Shown here: positions 54,107-64,000 of the stretch, piece by piece
Position numbering within the stretch: the stretch's first letter is position 1
How the letters are laid out: every line of letters begins with the position of its first letter
Assembly (NCBI GenBank): GCA_013239625.1
Contig: MU053493.1
Coordinates: 2,117,793 to 2,181,792, forward strand
Direction of reading: 5' to 3'
From: Lama guanicoe
Taxonomy: Eukaryota
DNA length: 64,000 bases
The notes under the pieces: generated by a model
Told to the model about the DNA's origin: nothing
Seen by the model: only the letters and a program-made list of their open reading frames with translations
Databases searched by the model: none
Translations under genes and position numbers: made by a program

Positions 54107-54248
54107 CTTTAGTCAAAACAGGGAAGAGGAACAGAAGTAGCTCTGAAGATGCAGACTGCCTAAATCCCAAATCAAAAATTAACAAAACGGCTTAGAAAGA
54201 CAACATTGGAAAAAAAAAAAGCTTCAGAAGTTTGCAAAGAAAGCACAG
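54107..54248 (+). pseudogene. LARP7: 3' part of a decayed LARP7 linker exon
   Basis: Translates as [31 protein letters not shown], versus LARP7 [32 protein letters not shown]. Stop TAG at 54193-54195. Ends at the donor cacag|gtattt. Confidence 0.88.
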
Positions 54249-54327
54249 GTATTTCTGACTTTAAGGTTCAGATTGGATAAATAACGTTTTGTTTTTTCGC
54301 GTCTTTATTTTCTGTTATTTAATTTAG

Positions 54328-54476
54328 AATTCGAAATCTCTACTGAAGAGGAAAAGGATACTGGAGATACAAAAGACGGATCCCTCTTGAAGCAAAAAGA
54401 AAGCGCAGGAAAAAAACATGTTTAAAGAGAGGCATAAAGTGGGAGAAGAGGTTATACCAATACGAGTACTATCGAA
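54328..54476 (+). pseudogene. LARP7: Decayed LARP7 exon preceding the miR-302/367-containing intron
   Basis: Follows a retained 79-nt GT-AG intron (54249-54327). Translates as [21 protein letters not shown]..(frameshift)..KERHKVGEEVIPIRVLS, versus LARP7 [21 protein letters not shown]...KERHKMGEEVIPLRVLSK. Donor gtaagt at 54477. Confidence 0.92.
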
Positions 54477-55728
54477 GTAAGTCATCGGTACAAATTACAT
54501 TGTTGGCAACTGACACACTCCATGTATGTAGATTTCTGCACGTGAATATCCATGTGTGTAAGCAAGTGAACGCCCACAGCGCTGACCACTGTAAGCTCCC
54601 AGATGCAGGACCTCATTCAGTCGTTACAACAACCCTTGTGATCTAAATACCATGGCCGCTGTGGGGTCACTCACTGCCTGCCCTGCCGCTAGCTGCAAAG
54701 CAGGTCTTATCATGTTCCCCATCACACAGGTGAGTGAGCTGAGCCTCGTGGGGATGGAGTCACTCATCCCAGGTAGCAGCTCTCATGATCCCGATGTCAT
54801 CGGTGGGGAGACTGAGGCGCAGAGGTTCAGAACCTTGCAGAAGGTCGCCCAGTGAATAAGAAATGGAGCCTGCATTCTTAACCACACCATACCACCTCCC
54901 AGTAAGAAACAATCACCTTCCTTTCAAAAACATAATAAAAAGACACACGTACCTATATGTAGACACACATACAACTCAAATAAGACCTTCCTGTTTTAAG
55001 GGAATGGGGGCATGTTCAAGACACCAGGGGAAAGGGGCTAATTCTAAAATAAATATCTTGATGAAACCAGAAGAAATTCTGGGGAATTTTTTCTGTATCT
55101 TTCCCAGTGATAAAGAGACATTGCCTCTATGAAACACGCACAGTTTGTAATGATAGAAAAGGAAGAGATGAGAATGGCTGGTGACCAGAAGGAAACACCC
55201 AAGAGGCTGCACTAAAACAGAAAAAGAGGCATGCCAAATTCAACCTGCACTGAAAAAAGTAGGAAAAAAAACAATCAAAATGGTTAAAAATTGCTAAAAT
55301 ATTTGCTATAGAGTAGCATTCAATTTTCCCCCCCAATTTTACTAGATTTTTCTGCTTGCCCTCCAGACCCACTGTGCGCCCTTTACTGCTGCCAGGGGAC
55401 TGATCTTGATGGACCGCACCCACTGGACCCCCTGTTCTCCAAGGAGTTCAGACCCAGAAGGACGGTTGGGATGTTGGTTCCCTCTGCTGGACTATGTGAC
55501 CTGTCAGTGCCTGCCTTCTCTCTAGGGGGCTCCTTTGTAGGTATCTGACGCTCTCTCCAGGCCCCAGGGCCACTCCTTCCCTCTGCCTGTCAGGCCCTGG
55601 GGCAGGTGTAAGAGCTCTGGGCTGGTGCTGGCCCTGGCTGCCTCGCCTTCCCCTGCTGGGCTTCTTTAGCTCTGCCCTCACTTCTATAAATGGTCTCCCC
55701 TTTGACCGCACCTTACCTACTTTGACCA

Positions 55729-56211
55729 CAGGCAGAGCTCCTCTTTATTGTACTTCACAGATACTCCATTTTGTACAAATTGCAGGTTTGCGGAGACCCT
55801 GTGTCAATCAAGTCTATTGGCACCATTTTTCCAACAGCATTTGCTCACTTCATGTCTTTGTGTCGTGTTTTGGGAATCTCATAATATTTCAAACTTTTTC
55901 ACTGTTATTGTATTTGTTCTGGTGATCTGCGACTGGTGATCTCTGATGTTACTGTTGCAAAAAGATAATGACTCCCTGAAGCCACAGATGATGGTGAGCA
56001 TTTTATAGCAATAAAGTATTTTTTCATTAAAGTAAGTACATGTTTTTTTAGCCATAATGTTATCGCACACTTAACAGACTGCAGTGTAGTGTAAATATAA
56101 CTTTTACAGGCCCCGGGAAATTAAAAAAAAATGTGTGACTCGCTTTACTGCGGTATTTGCTTTATTGCAGTAGTTTGGAACCAAACCCACAGTATCTCCA
56201 AGGTCTGCCTG
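55729..56211 (+). mobile_element. Tigger1-derived non-autonomous DNA transposon, nested in an old LTR16-like element (~55330-56250)
   Basis: Terminal inverted repeats caggca... / ...tatctccaaggtctgcctg. Tigger1 motifs caagtctattggcaccatttttccaacagc and gtgactcgctttactgcggtatttgctttattgc. Confidence 0.8.
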
Positions 56212-56959
56212 TCTGTCATCTGTTTCCTGCTGGACCCTAAAGAATACAGAGTACGCAGAGCACCAGGCATTCCCCGAGAGAGAGTGCCCTGATCTGTCTT
56301 ACAAACTGGTTCTGGACGATAATTTGAGTTTAAGTGTTCCACTTACTTTAAAAACAAAGTTTAAAATAACCAATGAAGCTAAACTTGAGAAACATTCTTG
56401 AGAATGCCAAAAAAGGGATAGAGACATGAAAATAAAGAGGAAGAAAATCTCACACTTACAGGAGATTAAAATGACCAATAAGACGTGTTTCCAGAGAGGA
56501 ACTGAAAACAAATATTCCTGTTCTCATGATAGAGCGAAATTTACATTGGCCTCAGAGGTCTCCTCAAATTACTAACGCCAGAAGAAATGATTACTTCAGA
56601 ATTCTGAATCAAACCCAACCATTCTTGTGTTGAAAGTAACAGATGCTACTTTGGTTTACATGTGGTCTGAGGAATATACATCGCCATGAACCCAACCCAA
56701 AGAGATGAACAAAAATTCAGATTACAGGAGTCCTGAAGTCACTCATTAGATAACCAACCAGGGGGTGAAACCACCAGCCAAATAAAGCAGAGAAAGCTAC
56801 ACAGCCTGAGCTTGAATATGAAATGAATACACGAAGAGAGTTTCAGATGCATAGAATCAAAACTGCTCACACCCATTCTCTGTAAGGAGATTTTATAATC
56901 AACTTCTCTGGTGGGTATAACTCCACTCCAGTGAACTGTTCTCTAGTTCCATAGCGATG

Positions 56960-57980
56960 GTGATCACACAGGCATTTACTTTCCTTGAACTATTTTTGAA
57001 TTCTTCATCAGGCAAAATGCAGCTGTCCCTTTCTTTGGGGTCACAGTTACTGTAAAATGTGTTCCTCTGGTGGTGTCGCGTTTCCCTGATCTTTCCTGTT
57101 CCTTAAAGTCTTGCGTTGCTGTCTTCACATTTGAAGAAGAGCCTCCTCTTCCAGTCTTTACGGAGGGGCTTCGGAAGAGAAAGACCTCTGTCAGCCTGTA
57201 TGGATTCTGAAGATTTCTCGGAACTTTTCTACTGATACGCATGCTCCACACTTCTTGTTCCCTCCTCGGGGGCAGGATTAAGACTGTTCTCCTCTCGATC
57301 CTAGAGCTAGCCCAGGAACTGACAGCCTCCTGTTCGCTTTCCCTGGGAGAGCGTGTGCTTGTTTGTGTGCTTTCTCCCCATCCCGCAGAGTCGGGCCAGC
57401 TGTCTGTGCACACTCACTGCTCTCTGCAAAGGCTGGTACTTGCCACCCCCGGGGCACACACAGGAAGCCGGCCACAGGGCGAGGGACGTGTGGGTGAGCC
57501 GTGTGGCGCACTGGGGGCGCCTGAGGGCCAGCTGTGGGGATCTGCAGGCCAGGCACCTGCAGCGGCTCATGGGCAGGCTTCCTGATGGAGTGTCTTCTGA
57601 TGCTCTCCGAGAGCCCTGACTCTGTTCTCCCAGGCCCTCCCCATGGCCAGTCTATGCAGCACGCCTCAGTATTCCGATTGGGCCAGCTGACGTGGGTCTC
57701 TTTGACAGCATCCTGCACAGCTGGGGAAGCCACTCACATGTGCTCATTTTCCCTTGAGGGGGACATCGTGGGCTGAGAAGGCTCTCGTGGCACTGAGCTG
57801 TGCCGCCCTGCAGGAGGGGTGGGGCAGGTAAGGTGAGCCTGTTCCTCTTACAGTCTTCAGTGCATCCAATCTCAGACAGTATTTGCTCCAACCGTGTGCT
57901 CGGACTTTCACAAAGACACTCTCTGCCGGGGGGAATTGTCAAAAAACTGGGTGCTCTTTGGGGGAAGGTGGTGGGAGACC
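56960..57980 (-). mobile_element. Old L1 5'UTR/ORF1 N-terminal fragment
   Basis: ttgaactatttttgaattcttcatcaggc and gctgtcttcacatttgaaga, followed by GC-rich 5'UTR-like sequence. Confidence 0.55.
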
Positions 57981-58029
57981 CCTAAAATGCCAAATTGATG
58001 ATGTTACTCTAGGAAGGACTTCTGAATGA

Positions 58030-58860
58030 AAGATAACCCACATCTAGGCACAAAAACTGACAGAGTGAAAGGGACTAATACATAAAGATAACCATAAAAA
58101 AAAGTGAGACGGTAAGTCAAAACCTAGAAGGAGATAATTTCATATGCTTAACAAAGAAATAGCCCCCAAAAGATGTAATGTAGAGAACTCGTACAAATAA
58201 GTAAGAAAAGGATAAAACCATAAAACGGGTAAAGCATATAAACTCACATAACACAGAAGAGGAATTGTAAGGGCCAAGAAAGACTGAAAGCTGACCATTT
58301 CCATCAGGAATAAGATAAATGCAAATCGAGGCGATGAATACCATGTTACACCCTCCAGATTGGCGAACTTGAAAAATCAGGCCCCGTCAAGTTCTAGAGA
58401 GAATGCAGAGCACTGCCGGATACCTACGTTAGTACAGATGCTTTAGGAAAACCATCTGCCATTACTCCACAAAAGTGAAAATGTGCCTTCCCCATGACCA
58501 GTGAGTCCACGTCTCAGTACTTAGCCCAGTGGAATCCTCACCCATGGGCATGAGGAGACTGGCATCCAAACATTCACAGCAGCTCAGTTCATAAATAACA
58601 AAAAAACCGACATCAGTGCCCACTTGTCCACTTAAGGAAAACAGGCAAATGCACTGTGATGTATTCATGTGATGGAACCTCATACCATTAATTCCAAAAA
58701 TAATTAATCTGGAGCTACACACACAAACATGGGCGAACCCACAATAACATGAATGAAAAAAAGGCAAGTCACAGAAGAATACTGATTATGATTCCATTTA
58801 TGTAAAGTTCAAAAATGAAATAAAAATGCTACATTACAGAGGGCCACATATCTATGTGGC
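58030..58860 (+). mobile_element. Old L1 (L1ME-type) 3' fragment
   Basis: aatgcaaatcgag, ccccatgaccagtgagtccac and tatgattccatttatgtaaagttcaaaa. Confidence 0.6.
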
Positions 58861-61800
58861 AAAAGAGTGATGAACCTGAAATCTCTGCTCTGGAGAGAAG
58901 GAGGCGGCGAGACGGGGCAGGGCCCACAGTCAGGCCCCGAGCCTGTAACTTACCTTCCGCATGTTGGCTGGTACGAGGCTCAGCTGCCTGTTTCAAAGTT
59001 ATGCTTCTCAGCTTTACTTACATTCCAGTGTCTGTGTCATATATTCATGCTTGAGAACATTTTATTTTAATAAACGTCTCATAATTTTAAATTGGAAGGA
59101 TGAACTATATTTTAAATGCAGCTGCCACTAGAATAAAAAAAAAAAACTAGCTGCCCACCTTTTAAGTATCTGCACAAAGTAAAGCACACCAAGAGCAGTA
59201 TTTTTAGAAAAACCAGAAAAATCAGAAGTGCCAATAAACATGAAAAACAGAAAGATAAAAAGAATAACTGAAATAATTCACAAATAATTAAGAGATTTCA
59301 CAATAAATGATTACCCTAGTTTAAGCAGATTGATTTGTATAAGAGCTGCACTTAAAAAAAAAGTCAGAGAGAAATTAAAATACAGGTATCAGGCAAATTT
59401 GAACAAAAGGGAAATAAGGTGGCACTTTTATTTTAGATTAGGCACAATTCGAGACAATAAAACATAAAATTGGGACAAGACCACTTTATATTTGTCAATA
59501 CTGTGATCCACAATGAACAGAGTATATTTAAGAATATAACATCCAAATAGAGCAAAAGGTGATGGAAGTAAGAGACTGGCAGAAACAGAGCAGTAGGAAG
59601 ACATTCCTATGGGTCATGGAGAAAAAGACTAGGTGAGGTGAACAGCGGCTGGAAGCAGGGCAGGCCCCTGTGCGGCTTTCTCAGTTACGTCCCTGTGTTG
59701 CCCAGTTTTCTATAATCTGAGTCTAACACTCACATAGCAGGGCAGGGTTTAACACTCACAACCTGCATTTGGTCAGGATACCACGTGCATAAGAAAGGCA
59801 GATCATTTCTTTCTTCCTCTTAAAGTCAATTTGCAGGTAATCAAGGCAACTGATTTTAAAAACTTCTGTTGGTCATCAGATAACATTACGCCTATACAGT
59901 GCCGTTTTAAACCAATTTCAATCCATTTCTCTACCGATTTGTTGAACCCCACAAAGCGAAGAGCGAAACAAGCAAATTTGAAACCTCTTGAGTCATCTTT
60001 TCATTCCCAAACAGAATCTTTGTATTTTAACACAAATCGAAACCTACAGCAATTTGATTCAATACACATAAAAATCAGGGTAAAATATGGAGGATGTTCC
60101 AATATTACCATCACTTATTGTACAGCATAAAATTATTCAGGGATCAAAGATAAAGTCCGTAAGTAATAGTCTTCATTAAAGAGGCTGGACATTTGAAAGA
60201 AAATCTGATAACTAATAGGCTATTAGTTACAATTTTTTAAAGCTGGGTAAGTAGAGACAGTGCCTTGGAACTGCATATTAAATTCACTTTCAATTAGTGT
60301 GGCTCAGCATTTTATTCTGATGATTGGTGTGCTTGGTAATACTTTTAAAATTAACTATGCCGCCGACAGACATACCGCATACTCCTCAGCTGTAATAATT
60401 TTTCTAATGCTATATCTTTCTAACAGTAATTGCCTTCTTTCTGAAAGAATATACATTTGGAATCTGGTGACACTTCATTTATTACTGTTCTTTTATTAGA
60501 GCTGCCTCAGCATATTAGACTCTTTTTCCCTTAATGACTTTTTTTCTATTAGAGGACCATGAAGACCCCAGGGCAAAGGAAGTCCATTAGGGAAAGGAGG
60601 CACTTTAGAGGCAGCAGGAATTTCCAACGTGGACATAAGACAATTCCTGTCAAGAGTGCACTGGACAGGAGAGCTTCCATTTCCTGTGAACGAGAGATGC
60701 TTCTGACATACTGCTTGAAGCAAAGGGCTCAGAAACCTCTGAGAAGCAGCATGAACACAATGCATCACATCGCCAACACAGCAATGAAGCACATTAAGGA
60801 TGTCACCGGCCACTGCACCTCCCACTCTCCATTGAGCAGGCACCCTTCCTCCCAGACCACCTGCTTAAACCACTCGGACCGGGAGACAGAAGGTCTTCCT
60901 GCCCCAGCAGCCGAGCATCGGGGCAAAACGCGTCTCAGGAGCCAGTGACTGAGATGCCACCAGGAAGCTCACAAGAAGCTCCTCCGGGAACCTGCAGAGC
61001 TGTGTGGGGCGGTCACCCGTCTCCTGATCTGGAAGTGCTCTCATGCAGGCTGGCGACAACTCTGAAAGCTGGAGAGAAGAGTCAAGAGCCGGCTGGTGGT
61101 TCAACTCTCCTTTTCTCCCCAAAGTTTCTACAGTTGGACTTACTCCTGGACCCTTGGACCTTGTATTTCTCTTGCTTCTTAAACGTTGTTTATACCATTC
61201 TGCTGGCCAGCAAGGACTCCACTCTCCAGCCCACCTGCCCAAACTCCCTCCGCTCAATATTTGGCTGAGTCCAGTCTCCCTGTAAGAGGTAGTCAGAATC
61301 AGTCTCTTCCCCACTGCCACCCGAGAGGAAGCAGCAGGACACAGTGAAAAGAGCAGGCGCCTTGAAAGCAAACAGACCTGGATTTCTCTACCCCAGCTTT
61401 GGCGACTACCACCCCTGTGACCGTGGCCAATTACACATCGTCTCTGGACGGGATGCATCCTTCATGTATAACAGTAAAGACATGTTCCACAGAGCTGTTG
61501 TGGCCCGATATACAAACAGGACTGGGAGGCGCCATCTTCCGTTCATCTTTCTAAGATGCAAAGATGATTTTCATCTTTCTTAAAGATCATATGTAATCAT
61601 TTCTTAATTTATTAAGTTCTAACTTGCAACTATTTCCTCTGATATTACTATTTTAATTTTTTTTTGCTATGTATTCCAGCTCTGATCACTTCCTCAACTA
61701 GAATCTAAGCTTCTCAAAGGCAAGACCACGTATCTTGTGCTTCTTTGTGTCCAACTCACCACGTGGCTCTGTGCCCAGCACGATGTATTTTAATTATCTG

Positions 61801-64000
61801 GAGGGCTATGCGGCCCCACAGGCTCTGAGCCGCACCACTGGACAGTTCTGAGACCTACTGTGTGCTAACCATGTCCTTCACATTTCCAGGACAGACACAA
61901 TAAGGAATAGGCCATCAGTCAGAATCAGCCCAAGGGTACACACGTAGAGGTCACTGGCTGAAGGGCACTGGGAAACACGTCACACAGCCTCTGCAGTGGG
62001 GAAGACTCTTGTGGAAACATCTTTACACTTTGCTGGTGCCCACAACTGGGGACACTAAGTGGTTTATCACACTCAAGACATTTATCCTGCATGGTCTCAG
62101 GGTCCAGCTCCCTAGCTCACCTCACGGCACATGAACCGAGGGATGTGGGTTACAAAGAAACCACCTGAGTTGTATATAGAGATACACACAGAACAGTCTA
62201 GGACTCCATCCAGAGGGACGCGTGGGGATACCTGCAGATGGAGGCCTGCACTCCACGAGGTCCCGAGCCCCCATCAACGACCCCCTCCCCGCCAGTGCCC
62301 TTCCAACAGACCCTGTCACCCTCTGGTCTCTGTCCTCTCAGGAAGAGAGTACCATCCCCCAGACTGGGCTGTGGGAACAATTCACTCTTCCTGAGAAGAT
62401 TCTCAATAGTCACTCAGAGGTAACAACCAGAGAAAGCCTATTACAGCTGTTTCCAGACACAATTCGAAACGATGCATTTACTTCATTTATGCTTTTAAGC
62501 ACACAGTGACCGTATTAGGTATCTTTGTCTACCGTGTTTTCAATCTCTTATCCATGCTCTTTGTCTCTTGCAAGAAGTAAAGTTTTATTACATTTTCAAT
62601 TAAGAGTGTGTCTGATGGTGCAAAACAAAAGAATTTACACTGAGAAGTGATTTAAGCAAATATAAACAAATGTCATGTTTTAATAAAAAATGAGTATTTT
62701 TTCAATGAACCACTTCGAATTTCACTTGGCTTGAGTGGTTCCATTAGGCTCCACTTTAATTAGACCATTTCAGTCTCAGTTTTCTGGTTAGTCTACCTTC
62801 CCCTGATTAAACTTAATACTATTAGTAAATGTAAAGCAAAGTGCATTAGTCTATCTCTGTAAGCAAGATAGGGGGTTTCAGATACATAAGCTGCTTTATT
62901 AACACAGTGAAATTTTGCATTCATTCAAGGACCTGTGCCCATACGGGTACAGTCTACCTTCTTAAGCGCTAAGCATTAAGCTTCATCTTTAATGTGATCA
63001 AGGAAAATACATTCTCTTGAATTCAAGAGGGCAGATCTTGACTGTAAGAAACCCCCAGTGTGGATTTATAACAAATTTTCTGAATAAATAATCACCCCAA
63101 ATACATTTACATTAAACATATTAACCTTTAACTCATCTAAATTTTTAAATAGCGCATTAAACTTCTATTTGCTCTCAATTCAGGGCTTGAAAGAAAGCCC
63201 TACAGGGCTTCTATAATTCATATGAAAGGTTTAAGTGATTCATCCATTTTTTCCCCACAAAATATGGCCAAACATACAAATCTATAGTGAGGCTTGGGCT
63301 GAATTTCTGATGGGCACAGTTAATACATGCAGCATAAGATTTTAAGCTTTCTTACACTGAAAAAACGATCACCATAGCAATGAAGAGAGAGAGGGGGAAA
63401 AAAAAACCCTCATCCAGGCTGAAGTTCATGCATCATATAATTCCAATTCCTGGGCATTTGCATATCTCATTAAATACTGCAGTTGAGGAAAACAAAAACA
63501 CAAAGTCCAAGCTGAATGGAAAGGCAATCAAAACTATTTTTTTTCATCAGTTGTCTGTAGGTTTCCAGTAAAATTGACACTATGGTAAGAATCAGTTCGC
63601 ACTTTAGTATACATCTATAGGGCTGGTCTCTCTAAACTTGGGACTCCTACTATTTAATATTATTATCTGACTCCTATTACTACCACTCCTGGGACAGCTC
63701 CCCTGAGTTAAGTTCCAGTGGTCGGTCACTGCTCTGACGAGTGCCCAGCAGGGTGGGCGAGAGGATCATAGTTCTTAGTGCCACACACTGGGTTCATAGG
63801 GCTAGTAGTCTCCCTACAGTATAAGAACCTCCAAATGCCTGCTGGAAGCCCCCTTTTTTGAGAAAGGAAAACACAAAAGAAAAAAACTTCCTTAATTTGG
63901 CAGCTTCTGATGCAAAGGAAGCCATGAAATAATGAATTGGATATGACAGCATTTTATTTGGTCCTGAGTGTCTGCTGCAGTAAATCTCAGTCTGAGGTGT

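Larger units (their letters stand above)
53835..54521 (-). pseudogene. MIR302CHG: Retrocopy of the spliced, polyadenylated transcript antisense to LARP7 (miR-302/367 cluster host gene, MIR302CHG-like)
   Basis: LARP7-homologous exon and intron sequence on +. On the minus strand there is an AATAAA (+ tttatt 53865-53870) 24 nt from an A-tail remnant (+ tttctttcttt 53830-53840). A degenerate TSD atgcctgtaagtttct (53819-53834) / atgtatgtagatttct (54522-54537) matches at 12/16. The internal junction at 54106/54107 fits minus-strand splicing. Confidence 0.75.

Noticed and set aside
53927..54476. Functional LARP7 gene or conventional processed LARP7 pseudogene
   Set aside because: It has a stop, frameshifts and no other exons in the window. 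The retained introns and minus-strand poly(A) marks argue against an mRNA-derived copy.
54480..54700. miR-367/miR-302 hairpins
   Set aside because: No tcaccattgctaaagtgcaatt or aagcactta seed-bearing hairpin is present; homology stops before them.
60496..61458. Overlapping 100-197 aa ORFs
   Set aside because: No recognisable homology or consistent splice signals; probably chance ORFs.
1..64000. Prokaryotic systems (CRISPR arrays, operons, IS elements)
   Set aside because: The sequence is mammalian throughout; no repeat-spacer arrays or dense coding regions were seen.

Overview
Repeat-rich mammalian genomic DNA, most likely camelid (Camelus/Vicugna), judged from about 8 copies of a tRNA-derived SINE resembling vic-1. 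No intact cellular protein-coding exon could be supported. The window is mostly old L1/L2/MIR fragments, MaLR/MER21-type LTRs, several lineage-specific solo LTRs with 4-bp target-site duplications (TSDs), a Tigger1 deletion derivative, and an 805-N gap flanked by a false duplication. The main result is a ~0.7 kb insertion at 53835-54521 homologous to LARP7. It keeps LARP7 intron sequence, but its AATAAA, A-tail remnant and one splice junction are all on the strand opposite LARP7. It therefore looks like an L1-made retrocopy of the antisense miR-302/367 host transcript (MIR302CHG), and its 5' end appears to fall at the Drosha cut next to pre-miR-367. Also notable is a TSD-flanked, 5'-complete L1 (48387-51350) that keeps ORF1 but lacks almost all of ORF2. 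Repeat family names and the human LARP7/miR-367 comparisons are from memory, not from a database search.
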